The notes under the pieces are model-generated. The model had not been told where the DNA came from. It saw only the letters and a list, made by a program, of their open reading frames with translations, and did not search any database. DNA of 64,000 nucleotides, taken from positions 736,001-800,000 of the forward strand of contig CAWISW010000003.1 of NCBI GenBank assembly GCA_963838925.1, written 5' to 3'. The number at the start of each line of letters is the position of its first letter. The stretch's first letter is position 1. This DNA comes from an uncultured Nitrososphaerota archaeon. GTDB lineage: Archaea; Thermoproteota; Nitrososphaeria; Nitrososphaerales; Gagatemarchaeaceae. This document shows, in pieces, positions 8,485 to 18,225 of this stretch. A program made the translations under genes and the position numbers.

Positions 8485-9597
8485 ATGACAAGCACGAAGG
8501 ACCCAGCAGTCCAGTTGTTGATTCAAACGCTGAGCACCTACTCCGTCTCCACCAAGGAGGAGAAGCTCTCCAAGCTGCTGAGGGAGCGGATGCGCCAGAT
8601 GGGCTTCAAGAACGTCCGGACGGACAGGGCGGGCAACGCCATCGGCGAGGTGGGAAGCGGCCACCCCCACGTCCTGCTGTGCGGGCACATGGACACCGTG
8701 CCCGGTTTCATCAAGGTCAGGGTCGAGGGCGACCAAATCTACGGCAGGGGCGCTGCCGACGCGAAGTCGCCGATGTGCGCCATGATATCAGCAGCGGGAG
8801 GGGCGGTTCCCGAGGGGGTGAAGGTGACCATGGCGTGCGTCACCAGGGAGGAGGGAGACAGCCTCGGGGTAGAGACGCTCATCGACTCGGGAGGGGACTA
8901 CGACTACGCGGTCTTCGGCGAGCCGGCGGGGGCAGGGAGGATCACCGTCGGCTATCGGGGGAGGTTCGCCGCTCGGATCGTGGTCAAGACCGACGGCGGG
9001 CACGCGTCCTCCTCGTGGGCTCACCCTAGCGCCGTGGACGAGTCCCTCGGGATCATGTCGCTGATCAAGGAGTACGAGAGGAAGAACACCGTCGAGGGCA
9101 ACCACTACCGGTCCCTCAGCGCCAGCCTCACGGTCATCAAGGGGGGCGCGTACTCGAACGTGGTGCCGAAGAGGTGCGAGATGACCTTCGACGTCCGCAT
9201 CCCGCCCGGGATGAAGAGTGCGCGCGCGAAGGAGGACATCAAGGCCGTGGTCGACGGCTACGCGATGATGAAGGGGGGGATAGACGCGAAGGTGGAGTTC
9301 GACGGCTCGACCGAGCCCTACGACGCGCCTCTCGACTCGGTCGTGGTGAGGGGCTTCCAGCGCTCGATACTCAAGACCCTCGGCTCGAAGCCGGTCCTGA
9401 CGCACAAGACCGGGACGGGGGACATGAACACGCTCGCGGATAGGATGGGCATCCCCTGCCTCACCTACGGCCCCGCCGACTCGAACCTGGGGCACACCGA
9501 GAACGAGTTCGTGGCCGTCCAGGACTACCTCGCCTCGATCAGGGTGATCGAGGGGGCCCTGCGCGAGATAAAGGCCCTCCACGGCCGAGCGGACTGA
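8485..9597 (+). CDS. lysK: LysW-gamma-lysine/ornithine carboxypeptidase (M20)
   Basis: GHMDTVPG, GRGAADAK, REEG, GEP, TGDMN, YGP..HT.NE. Confidence 0.9.
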   Translation: MTSTKDPAVQLLIQTLSTYSVSTKEEKLSKLLRERMRQMGFKNVRTDRAGNAIGEVGSGHPHVLLCGHMDTVPGFIKVRVEGDQIYGRGAADAKSPMCAMISAAGGAVPEGVKVTMACVTREEGDSLGVETLIDSGGDYDYAVFGEPAGAGRITVGYRGRFAARIVVKTDGGHASSSWAHPSAVDESLGIMSLIKEYERKNTVEGNHYRSLSASLTVIKGGAYSNVVPKRCEMTFDVRIPPGMKSARAKEDIKAVVDGYAMMKGGIDAKVEFDGSTEPYDAPLDSVVVRGFQRSILKTLGSKPVLTHKTGTGDMNTLADRMGIPCLTYGPADSNLGHTENEFVAVQDYLASIRVIEGALREIKALHGRAD

Positions 9598-9600
9598 GCC

Positions 9601-10821
9601 TCAGCTCTCGACCTTGTACTTGAGCCGGGACTTGCCGAACGCCGAGATCAGCGTCTTGGTGTGCTGCGCGTTCTGGGTCTCGAGGTTGAGGATGACCTCC
9701 GCCTTGCCTATCGGGACTCCCTCCCCGACCCGGTCGTGCTCAATGCTGATGACGTGAGCCCTCGACTGGTCTATCACCTCGATGATGTCCTTGAGCGCCC
9801 CCGGCTTGTCGGAGATGAGTATCCTGACCCTGAGGAGCCTGTGCTGCTTCTCGAGGACCTTGGTCACTATCTGGTCGAGGAGGTACATGTCGATGTTGCC
9901 GCCGCTCACCACGGTGGCGCACTTCTCGCCCCTCGCCTTCACGAGGCCTGCCATGCACGCTGCGACGCTCGCCGCCCCGGCTGGCTCCGCCACGACCTTC
10001 ATCCTCTCGAGCATGAAGAATATCGCGCTCGCGATGTCCGCGTCGCTTACGAGGACCACGTCGTCCACGTACTTCTTGATCAGCTTGTACGTGAGCTTCC
10101 CGGGCTGCTTGACCGCGATCCCGTCGGCTATCGTCTCCTGGGTCTTGTAGGGGACGAGCTTCGCCGTCTTGAACGCCATGTACATGCTGGGGAAGGCCTC
10201 TGACTGGACGCCCACCACCTTGACGGAGGGCTTGATGCTCTTCGCGGCCACCGCGACCCCCGAGATGAGCCCTCCCCCTCCTATCGCGACCACGATCGTC
10301 TGAAGCTCGGGAGCGGCCTCCATCATCTCGAGCCCGGCCGTCCCCTGGCCGGCGACGACCATCGGGTCGTCGAACGCGTGGACGAACGTCGCGTCCTCCT
10401 TCCGCGCTATCTCGCGCCCCATCTCGAGCGCGTCCTCGAAGCCCGCCCCGTGCAGGACCACCCTCGCCCCGTACCCCTTCGTCGCGTCGACCTTGGCGGG
10501 CGAAGCGCTCTCTGGCATCACGATGGTCGACTTGACCCCCAAGAGCGTAGCCGCGTGCGCGACCCCCTGCGCGTGGTTGCCCGCCGAGGCTGCCACGACC
10601 CCCCTCTTCCTCTCCGAGTCCGTGAGGGAGTGGATCTTGTAGTAGGCGCCGCGCATCTTGAACGACCCAGACCGCTGGAAGTTCTCCATCTTCAGGTACA
10701 GGTCGATGCCGGTCAGCTCGCTGAGAGTGTTCGAGCGGTCGAGGGGCGTCACGCGGGTGACCCCCTTCAGGACTGACGCCGCCCTCTCGATCTCCTCGAG
10801 CGTGACTTCTTGTTCTTCCAT
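9601..10821 (-). CDS. ilvA: threonine ammonia-lyase with C-terminal ACT domain
   Basis: ENFQRSGSFKMRG, SAGNHAQG, GGGGL, DKPGAL. Confidence 0.85.
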   Translation of the reverse strand: MEEQEVTLEEIERAASVLKGVTRVTPLDRSNTLSELTGIDLYLKMENFQRSGSFKMRGAYYKIHSLTDSERKRGVVAASAGNHAQGVAHAATLLGVKSTIVMPESASPAKVDATKGYGARVVLHGAGFEDALEMGREIARKEDATFVHAFDDPMVVAGQGTAGLEMMEAAPELQTIVVAIGGGGLISGVAVAAKSIKPSVKVVGVQSEAFPSMYMAFKTAKLVPYKTQETIADGIAVKQPGKLTYKLIKKYVDDVVLVSDADIASAIFFMLERMKVVAEPAGAASVAACMAGLVKARGEKCATVVSGGNIDMYLLDQIVTKVLEKQHRLLRVRILISDKPGALKDIIEVIDQSRAHVISIEHDRVGEGVPIGKAEVILNLETQNAQHTKTLISAFGKSRLKYKVES

Positions 10822-10824
10822 CTG

Positions 10825-11649
10825 CTATCTCACCAGCGCGGCCGCTCCCACCTTGTCGCTCCACGCGAACGGGTCGCCCAGGTTCCAAGCGTCGTCACCG
10901 TAGCGGGTCGAGAGGAGCTCCTCCATGAGCTCTAACTCCTTCCCGCCGGGCTTCGCAGTTTCTAGCGCCAAGTGGCTCTCGTCGGCGAGAGTGCCGACTA
11001 GGGAGCGAATAAACGAATCTACGCCTAGCGCCACGTTGGCGGTCTTCGTGTCGCGGCTCCGCGTGTACTTCCTTCCTATCGCCTCCGCCGACGGAGTCGT
11101 CAGGGCCTTCACCCTCTTGAGGTCAGCCCCGATCAGTAGCGTCCCGTGGCAGACGAACCCCTTCCTCGACACGTAGGCAGCCATCCCTGAGACCTTCCCC
11201 TCTTTCGTGACGACCCTGTTCGGCGGGTCGAGCTTGGCCTCCACCCCGGAGCTCGCCAGGGCAGAGAGGAGAGGCCGCGCCGCGGCGCGGAAGATGGCGT
11301 GGGGGCTCGACTCGTACCTGAGCGACCCAGAGTCGACCCCCCTCGCCACGAATAGCGACCAGTTCAGGTTCCCCGGCCCGTTGTAGACCGCGCCTCCGGC
11401 GGTGAAGCGCCTCACGACGGGTATCCCGTTGGCCCTGCAGTAGCCTACGTCGGTCTCGAAGCTGGCCAGCTGGGCGCGCCCGATTATCACCGACTCGCTG
11501 TTCTCCCAGACCCTCAGGATGACGCCCTCGTTCCTCAGGAAGAGTGCCTCCTCGAGGGCGAGGCTTGCGGCAGGCTCGTGCTCGACCTTCCCTACGCATG
11601 CGGGGAGAATAGCCCTGCCTGCGGCTGCCTCGCGATTCGAGCTCGTCAA
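10825..11649 (-). CDS. lipoate-protein ligase A family (catalytic domain only)
   Basis: VVRRFTAGGAVY, GKVSGMA, HGTLL; TTG start chosen at 11649. Confidence 0.8.
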   Translation of the reverse strand: MTSSNREAAAGRAILPACVGKVEHEPAASLALEEALFLRNEGVILRVWENSESVIIGRAQLASFETDVGYCRANGIPVVRRFTAGGAVYNGPGNLNWSLFVARGVDSGSLRYESSPHAIFRAAARPLLSALASSGVEAKLDPPNRVVTKEGKVSGMAAYVSRKGFVCHGTLLIGADLKRVKALTTPSAEAIGRKYTRSRDTKTANVALGVDSFIRSLVGTLADESHLALETAKPGGKELELMEELLSTRYGDDAWNLGDPFAWSDKVGAAALVR

Positions 11650-11749
11650 GTGAGGCTCCCCACGCCTCCCGCGTGAAAAGCGTATTGGCCGCCCAGGATG
11701 CCGCGGCATCGGCCGCACCTTCATAAAGCCCGGGAGTCGCGTCGGGCTG

Positions 11750-12208
11750 TTGGTCAGCTCGGCCTCGCGCAACTCGGGCTTCCGGTTCCTTTCCAACATC
11801 GCCCTAGCGGACATCGCTTTCGTCGCCCGCGGAGACTCTCTGCCCGCCATGTTCGAGTCAGCCGCCAGGGCCCTCACGGAGGTTATGGTGGACAGGCGGA
11901 CTGTCGTCGCGCGGATGAAGCGGACGATAGAAATCAAGTCTCCCACCGTCGACAGGCTGCTCTACGACTTCCTCACGGAGCTCATCGTGATAAAGGACGT
12001 CGACTCTCTCCTCTTCAAGGACTTCAAGGTCTCCATCCACCCCGGCAAGGAGAAGCGGCTGACCTGCGAGATGCGGGGAGAGGAGATCGACAGAGCGAGG
12101 CACGCCCTGAGGAACGACGTGAAGGCGGTCACCATGCACATGTTCGGGGTAAGGAAGCCGGACAAGAAGGGCGGAAGGTGGGAGGCCACCGCCGTCCTCG
12201 ACATCTGA
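11750..12208 (+). CDS. archease
   Basis: ADIAF..G, DVKAVTMH, AVLDI C-terminus; directly upstream of rtcB. Confidence 0.9.
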   Translation: MVSSASRNSGFRFLSNIALADIAFVARGDSLPAMFESAARALTEVMVDRRTVVARMKRTIEIKSPTVDRLLYDFLTELIVIKDVDSLLFKDFKVSIHPGKEKRLTCEMRGEEIDRARHALRNDVKAVTMHMFGVRKPDKKGGRWEATAVLDI

Positions 12209-12265
12209 GCGCAGAAGGCTTAAGACTAATCAGCAGGCGCGGCCGGCCGAGACGCTCGCCAGCAG

Positions 12266-13726
12266 ATGACAGAAATAAAGAACGCCAAGCAAATCTCGGA
12301 CGTCGTCTGGGAGATACCCACGACCTACAAAGCCGGGATGAACGTTCCCGCCAGGATCTACGCGACCAAGAAGCTCCTCGAGGCGATGGACTCGGGGGTC
12401 ATCGAGCAGGTGACGAACGTCGCGATGCTCCCCGGGATCGTGAAGTACTCATACGCGATGGCGGACGCGCACTGGGGGTACGGTTTCCCGATAGGGGGCG
12501 TGGCAGCGTTCGACCCTGAAAAGGGTGTGATTTCCCCTGGCGGAATCGGATTCGACATAAATTGCGGAATGCGGCTTGTCCGGACTAATTTACGCGTTTC
12601 GGAGGTTAAACCGAGGATTAAGGAGCTCGTGGACCTGCTATTCCGCCTCATTCCCACCGGCGTGGGGGTCAAGGGCTCGGTGAAGGTCAGCCAGTCACAG
12701 TTCGAGGACGTCATGAGGTACGGGGTCAAGTGGTGCGCCGAGAACGACTACGGCTGGGACGACGACGTCGAGAAGGTCGAGGAGGGGGGCTTCATCAAGG
12801 GCGCGAACCCCTCGAAGGTCAGCCGGCAGGCATCGAGCCGGGGCATAAGCCAGCTGGGGACGCTGGGCTCCGGCAACCACTACTGCGAGGTCCAGGTGGT
12901 CGACCCGGCGAGGTTCTTCGACGCGAAGATGGGCAAGCACTTCGGCCTGGTCCACGACGACCAGGTGGTGGTGATGGTCCACTGCGGGAGCAGGGGCTTC
13001 GGCCACCAGGTCGCGTCCGACTACCTGAGGGTCTTCGACGAGGCCATGAAGCGCTACGGCATCACGGTCAGGGACAGGGAGCTCGCGTGCGCGCCCTTCT
13101 CGTCGAAGGAGGGCGGGGACTACTACGGCGCCATGGTCTGCGCCGCGAACATGGCCTTCGCGAACAGGCAGGTGATAGTCCAGCGCATCCGCGAGGCGTT
13201 CAAGCAGGTGTTCCACAAGGACCCCGAGGCCATGGACATGCACATCATCTACGACGTCTGCCACAACATCGCGAAGGTCGAGAAGCACACGATTGACGGC
13301 GGCGCGGCGAGGGACGTCCTCGTCCACAGGAAGGGCGCGACTAGGAGCTTCGGCCCGGGGCACCCTGACATCCCTCCGGCCTACAGGGCGCTAGGGCAGC
13401 CCGTCATCATAGGAGGCTCGATGGAGACCGGCTCCTATCTGCTCCTGGGGACGGAGAGGGCGATGAAGGAGACCTTCGGCTCGACCGCGCACGGCTCGGG
13501 GAGGACGATGTCCCGGACTGCCGCCAAGCGGCAGGTCAGCGGCGCCGAGCTCCAGAAGAGCATGGAGAAGCACGGGATATACGTGAAGGCCGCGACGATG
13601 GAGGGCCTCGCCGAGGAGGCTGGGATGGCCTACAAGGACATCTCCGAGGTCGTCGAGACGATGCACCAGGCGGGCATCTCCCTCAAGGTGGCGGCCCTCA
13701 GGCCGATCGGCAACATAAAGGGCTGA
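12266..13726 (+). CDS. rtcB: tRNA-splicing ligase RtcB (no intein)
   Basis: DAHWGYGFPIG, DINCG, GSGNH, HCGSRG, HRKGA, HGSGR. Confidence 0.97.
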   Translation: MTEIKNAKQISDVVWEIPTTYKAGMNVPARIYATKKLLEAMDSGVIEQVTNVAMLPGIVKYSYAMADAHWGYGFPIGGVAAFDPEKGVISPGGIGFDINCGMRLVRTNLRVSEVKPRIKELVDLLFRLIPTGVGVKGSVKVSQSQFEDVMRYGVKWCAENDYGWDDDVEKVEEGGFIKGANPSKVSRQASSRGISQLGTLGSGNHYCEVQVVDPARFFDAKMGKHFGLVHDDQVVVMVHCGSRGFGHQVASDYLRVFDEAMKRYGITVRDRELACAPFSSKEGGDYYGAMVCAANMAFANRQVIVQRIREAFKQVFHKDPEAMDMHIIYDVCHNIAKVEKHTIDGGAARDVLVHRKGATRSFGPGHPDIPPAYRALGQPVIIGGSMETGSYLLLGTERAMKETFGSTAHGSGRTMSRTAAKRQVSGAELQKSMEKHGIYVKAATMEGLAEEAGMAYKDISEVVETMHQAGISLKVAALRPIGNIKG

Positions 13727-13766
13727 GCCCTTCTCAAGGTAAGTTAGGAAGGCGTGGCGTCTGTGA

Positions 13767-14567
13767 TCAGCCGATGTAGCCGGGCTTCCCCTCGTCCTTG
13801 GCGCCCCTCGCCTCCTCGAGGCCCTGCTCGGCCATGCCTTGGACCTGGCTGAAGATCTGCTGGGCCTCCCTGGCCCTCTCCTCGATGGAGGTCATGTCTA
13901 TCTTGACTCCCAGTATCCGGGAGAGCGCCTCCAGCACCGAGTGCGATGCGGCCGGGTCGAGCAGGTAGCCCGAGGTCTCCCCGAGGAGCGAGACCCCCTC
14001 CATCCCCAAGAGCTTCGCCATCCCCACCATCACCCCGTTCATCCCGCTGATCCCTCCCTCCTTCATGATCTGCACGCCGTTCTGCGATAGCCGCGGAAGG
14101 ACGTCGAGCGAGGTCGCCGTCCCGAAGACGCGCCTCTCCTTGACGAACCCACCGGTGATGTAGGCCGCGAGCGAGAAGACCGTGCCCGCGTGGAGCCTCT
14201 TGGCCTCGTTGAGGACCGCCTCCGCCAGCATGTACTCCCCGTCCGAGGTCGCCGGCTGGGCGTCCGCCGTGAAGATGAGCAGGTCGCTCCCCTGCCCCGT
14301 CTCAGCGTGGAAGAGCTCGCCCTTCAGCCTGAGCGCAACCCCCTCGTCGTTGATGTTCACGTGGGGCGGGAAGGACGCAGCGTAGAACTCCGCGACCTTG
14401 CTCGCCTTGAACACGGTCACGAGGTAGTCGGCAGCGAGCTTCCCCACGTAGCCGCTCCCGGGGAGGCCGCAGACGAGGACGGGCTTCGACGGCGAGGGGC
14501 TAGAGACCGTCTTCACCCGAATCTCGGGAAGGGCCGTGACGATGCCCGACCCGCGCCGCTCCTCCAT
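13767..14567 (-). CDS. proteasome assembly chaperone (PAC2 family)
   Basis: GLPGSGYVGKLAADYL, GISGMNG, LLGETSGY. Confidence 0.85.
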   Translation of the reverse strand: MEERRGSGIVTALPEIRVKTVSSPSPSKPVLVCGLPGSGYVGKLAADYLVTVFKASKVAEFYAASFPPHVNINDEGVALRLKGELFHAETGQGSDLLIFTADAQPATSDGEYMLAEAVLNEAKRLHAGTVFSLAAYITGGFVKERRVFGTATSLDVLPRLSQNGVQIMKEGGISGMNGVMVGMAKLLGMEGVSLLGETSGYLLDPAASHSVLEALSRILGVKIDMTSIEERAREAQQIFSQVQGMAEQGLEEARGAKDEGKPGYIG

Positions 14568-14574
14568 CTCCCTG

Positions 14575-14979
14575 TCAGCCCTCTTGCATGTCCATCTTCA
14601 GCTTGTCTTTGAGGTCCACGAACCTTCCCTTGTCCTGGACCTTGATCGTGGTCTTCAGGCTGAACCTGATCCCGAGGTTCCTGAAGAGCTCGTACAGCTC
14701 TCCCCCGGATATCCTCTCCCTCCCTCCGTTCTGTATCAGCAGCCTCGCAAGCTGGTCGACTATGATCTCGGTCTGACGGGGATAAGCCTGGTACGCGGTC
14801 TGGAGCACCTCGTCTCCCCTGTCGTAGAGCGCGTCCAGGACGACCTCCCTGCTGGTCTTGGCCGGCTTCTGCGCGGCCGCGGCGGCGAGCGTGGACGCGG
14901 CCGAGGCCCTCTGCGCCCTCTTCTTCAGCTCCGCTAGCTTGCGGGCGTTGATGAGGTTGAGCTCCGCGTCTTCTTCCAA
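14575..14979 (-). CDS. PDCD5-like double-stranded DNA-binding protein
   Basis: EEDAELNLINARKLAELKK, DRGDEVL..A..AYP, GELYELFR..GI; TTG start at 14979. Confidence 0.65.
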   Translation of the reverse strand: MEEDAELNLINARKLAELKKRAQRASAASTLAAAAAQKPAKTSREVVLDALYDRGDEVLQTAYQAYPRQTEIIVDQLARLLIQNGGRERISGGELYELFRNLGIRFSLKTTIKVQDKGRFVDLKDKLKMDMQEG

Positions 14980-15086
14980 GTCAAGTCTCACAACCGTCTG
15001 TAGGCCTAAAAACTTTGTCTCGATTTCACACTGCCCGACCAAGAAATCTGATGGGTCCTTAATAGTGGAACCAATGTTCTGGGCGG

Positions 15087-16193
15087 TTGACAGAAGGACC
15101 GGGTACAAGCGATGCTCCCCCTAAGGATGAGGACCAAGTTCTCGCTCTCCTCCGTACGCCCGGCCTGAGCGTCAAGAACCTAGACCCTGCGACGAAAGAG
15201 AAGCTAAGGCTATACATCCAGATGAAGCACATAGAGCAGGGATTCTCGCTCGGAGACATCGCGAAGCTGATAGGCAACAAGACGAGCGGCTACACCAGTT
15301 GGTTGACGCGGCAGTTAGGCATCCATCCACGAGGCTTTGAGGAGGCGAGGCTCAAGGGGATTCATGAGAAGGTTAGGAAATACGAGAGGAGGCCTTTCGA
15401 CGGGACCGACGAGGACAAGGCGTACATGCTCGGCCTGAGGCACGGAGACTTGTCGGTATCGAGGCCTTTTGGCGATGCGATACGCGTTTCGACGTCGACA
15501 ACCCATCCGACAATGGCTGCGGTGTTCAAGTCTCTCTTCGAACCATATGGACATGTCTATCAGCATCCAAGATTCAAACAAGACACGAAGACATACGAAT
15601 GGAATCTATCGACTATTCTTGATGGCAGCTTCGAGTTCTTGCTCGAAGACAGGGTCACATCGTGGAATTGGATTCAGCGCAATTTGAACACAATTCTCGC
15701 CTATCTGGCGGGGGCATGGGATGCGGAGGGACACGTTGGAATTCTCAAGAACGCTAACTGCACCGCGATAACGCTGACTATCTTCAATACCAACACGGAT
15801 TTCTTGGGGTTCGTCCGAACAATCTTGATCCAGATCGGCTACCATCCGGTAGGGCTGTATCTGGACAAGCGGAAGGGGACGGTCACTTCGAAGTACAAAA
15901 TAGAGAGGAAGAAAGATTATTGGAAGTTGGTCGTGGCAATCTTCGACGAAGCTCAATCACTGCTTCGAAGTATGCCAATTCAACATCCGGAGAAGATTGC
16001 ACGAAAAGAACTGGCGCTTACCTTGCAACGTGGAGATAAATGGGAAGACGTTCGCGGACGAGTCAAGGCTCTTCGGCGTTCTGAGATCCAGGGGCGGGAT
16101 GATTTCGTCAAACTAGCTGAGACTATGTACTTGCAAACCCATCCAAGACAGGATGAGTCGCAAGAAGATTCGCCCGGGCCGACCGTTGTCTGA
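15087..16193 (+). CDS. free-standing two-motif LAGLIDADG homing-endonuclease-like protein with N-terminal HTH
   Basis: FSLGDIAKLIG (HTH), AYMLGLRHGDLS and AYLAGAWDAEGH; AT-richer than flanking genes. Confidence 0.75.
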   Translation: MTEGPGTSDAPPKDEDQVLALLRTPGLSVKNLDPATKEKLRLYIQMKHIEQGFSLGDIAKLIGNKTSGYTSWLTRQLGIHPRGFEEARLKGIHEKVRKYERRPFDGTDEDKAYMLGLRHGDLSVSRPFGDAIRVSTSTTHPTMAAVFKSLFEPYGHVYQHPRFKQDTKTYEWNLSTILDGSFEFLLEDRVTSWNWIQRNLNTILAYLAGAWDAEGHVGILKNANCTAITLTIFNTNTDFLGFVRTILIQIGYHPVGLYLDKRKGTVTSKYKIERKKDYWKLVVAIFDEAQSLLRSMPIQHPEKIARKELALTLQRGDKWEDVRGRVKALRRSEIQGRDDFVKLAETMYLQTHPRQDESQEDSPGPTVV

Positions 16194-16197
16194 GACA

Positions 16198-16626
16198 CTA
16201 CGGTTGCGTGATCTTGATGCACTGGGTGGGACAGCTGGTCTCGCACGCCATGCAGTAGATGCAGTCCTTCTCCCTCACTGGGTCGGACTTGTCAGACCTC
16301 CACGCCAGCCAGTCGGGAGAGTTCGGTGCAAGGACCATGTCCTTGCCCGAGCCGGACTGGCCCGCGTTGAGCGCCCATTCGTAGACGAAGACCGGGCAGA
16401 CGTCCATGCAGACGCCGTCAGCGCTGCACGCGTCCCAGTCTACCGCCGTGTTTGTGCCGTGGATCCCGTGCGCCGTCGGAAGCGGCTTGCCTTCCCCGTC
16501 CATCCTCTGGACTCCGGCCGCTCTCACCTTGTGATTGTTATGCTCCCCGGTGATCGGATACTCGTCGTTCTTGGAGAGGAATGCCTGATCTATAGGCTTC
16601 GTCTTGTAACCCATATCGCGCGTCAT
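16198..16626 (-). CDS. dicluster ferredoxin with His-containing N-terminal extension (zinc-containing ferredoxin type)
   Basis: CSADGVCMDVCP and CIYCMACETSCP; N-terminal GEHNNH..HGIHG; alternative start 16614. Confidence 0.85.
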   Translation of the reverse strand: MTRDMGYKTKPIDQAFLSKNDEYPITGEHNNHKVRAAGVQRMDGEGKPLPTAHGIHGTNTAVDWDACSADGVCMDVCPVFVYEWALNAGQSGSGKDMVLAPNSPDWLAWRSDKSDPVREKDCIYCMACETSCPTQCIKITQP

Positions 16627-16680
16627 GTGTGCGAATCATGCTTGCCCCGAACCCACATTATAAATCTGTTCTCGGCGACA

Positions 16681-17379
16681 TCAGTTTGCCGCTTTGAGGG
16701 CCTCGTAACTTCCGTCGGGCCTGATCTTGTACACGGTGACTGGCCTGATCACGAATATGCCCACCTCGAGGACTCCTGGGATGGACTTGAGCTCGACCTC
16801 CAGCCTCGCGGGGTTCTCGATGGGCGCGAAGAGCGCGTCAAAGAGCATGTTCCCGTTCTCGGAGTATGCGGGGTAGCCCCTCGCGTCCAGACGGATCTTG
16901 ACGTCCTTGCTCCCCCTCTTCTTCAGCATCGCCATGGCCGGTTCCCTCGCGAACTGGCTCACCTCTATCGGTACGCGGTAGTCGCCCATCCCGAGCTTCT
17001 CGACGAACTTCTTCTCATCCGCGACTATCGCAGAGTCTTTGGCGCTCCCGAGAAGGACCTTCTCCTTGAGGAGCGCGCCTCCTCCCCCTTTGATGAGGTT
17101 GAGCCTGCTGTCGACCTGGTCGGCCCCGTCGACGACCTTGGCGATCTCGGGGCTCGTGAGGGGCCCCACCCTGACCTTCAGCTCCTGCGCGACCGCCTGG
17201 ATCTGCAGCGACGTCGGCACCCAGGTAGCCTCGACCCCCTTTTCACGCATGGCCCTCACCATGGCAGGCAGGAGCCGCGCTACCGTCGACCCGCTCCCGA
17301 GCCCGACGATGTCGCCGTCCTTGATGCCTGACGCTAGCTCCTTGCCTAGCCTCTCCGAATTGGAAGTCGCCGCGCTCAA
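16681..17379 (-). CDS. rpiA: ribose-5-phosphate isomerase A
   Basis: GLGSGST, DGADQV, IKGGGGALLKEK. Confidence 0.95.
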   Translation of the reverse strand: MSAATSNSERLGKELASGIKDGDIVGLGSGSTVARLLPAMVRAMREKGVEATWVPTSLQIQAVAQELKVRVGPLTSPEIAKVVDGADQVDSRLNLIKGGGGALLKEKVLLGSAKDSAIVADEKKFVEKLGMGDYRVPIEVSQFAREPAMAMLKKRGSKDVKIRLDARGYPAYSENGNMLFDALFAPIENPARLEVELKSIPGVLEVGIFVIRPVTVYKIRPDGSYEALKAAN

Positions 17380-18107
17380 GTGCCTTCGTTCTCTTTCCTA
17401 GAGTCTATCTGCTCGAGCCTCTCGAGGGCTTCCATGACCTCGTCGCGGATCGCCTTCACCCTCCTCTCTCCCTCGGTGTCGTCGCGCTTCGGGGACTTGC
17501 GCTCGACCGCCCTTTCGAGGTCCTCTCCCTGGGTCGAGTGGGCGGAGACGGTCGCAGCGATGGTCGGCGCCGAGGACTTGGCCCTCGCGCCGCTCGCGGC
17601 CATCTGCGCCTCCAGGCTCTTCGACTCCTGCTGAGACACGGCCGGGAGCCTCTCCTTGGCCTGGTCGAGCCTGCTCTCGATGTTCTGGATCTTCTCCCTG
17701 AAGAGCGTGACCAGCTCGTCGCGGAGCCCTTCGAGCTCCCCCACCTCGACGACCAGCTCCTTGTCCCTCAGCTTCGTCTCCATGTCCCTGATCTGCGTGC
17801 TGTACCTCTTCGCGATCATCTCCCTCTCCTCGCGCGTTATCTTGCCCTCGTTCTCGGCCTCGTAGATCTTGGTCAGCGCGGCGGAGAGAAGGTCCCTCTC
17901 CAGGATGAGCGTGCGCATCTCCCTCTTCGACCTCTCGAGCTCGTCCGCGGTCACCGTCTTCTTGCGGAGCTGGCCCGCCTCGTCTCTCTGCACCACCTGC
18001 ACCTTCCGGTTCTTTCCCCTGGGGTTGAAGGAAACGTAGGAGATGCCGAGCCCGGCCGCCCCACCAGCCGCCACCCCGATGATGAGCGTCGTTGGGTCGA
18101 AGGACAT
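17376..18107 (-). CDS. hypothetical membrane-anchored coiled-coil protein
   Basis: N-terminal hydrophobic helix, then an E/K/R/L-rich helical region; host-like codon usage. Confidence 0.7.
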   Translation of the reverse strand: MSFDPTTLIIGVAAGGAAGLGISYVSFNPRGKNRKVQVVQRDEAGQLRKKTVTADELERSKREMRTLILERDLLSAALTKIYEAENEGKITREEREMIAKRYSTQIRDMETKLRDKELVVEVGELEGLRDELVTLFREKIQNIESRLDQAKERLPAVSQQESKSLEAQMAASGARAKSSAPTIAATVSAHSTQGEDLERAVERKSPKRDDTEGERRVKAIRDEVMEALERLEQIDSRKENEGT

Positions 18108-18225
18108 CTGCGCTGGGATTGGGGGCGGTGGGGATATTAACGTTCGCCGAGTTTCGGGCCGCCCCGCCCTCCCCCTCCAAGGTCCGCACGGCAAAAAGCC
18201 TAAAAGGAACTCAGCGCTCGATTTT

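Noticed and set aside
12266-13726. Intein in rtcB
   Set aside because: DINCG is contiguous and the protein is normal length; only the codon anomaly remains
14985-16196. Imperfect inverted repeat around the LAGLIDADG gene (GTCTCACAACCGTC vs reverse complement GTCTCAGACAACGGTC)
   Set aside because: Needs a 2-nt gap and a mismatch, has no target-site duplication, and the left copy lies between the PDCD5-like start and its likely promoter; probably chance
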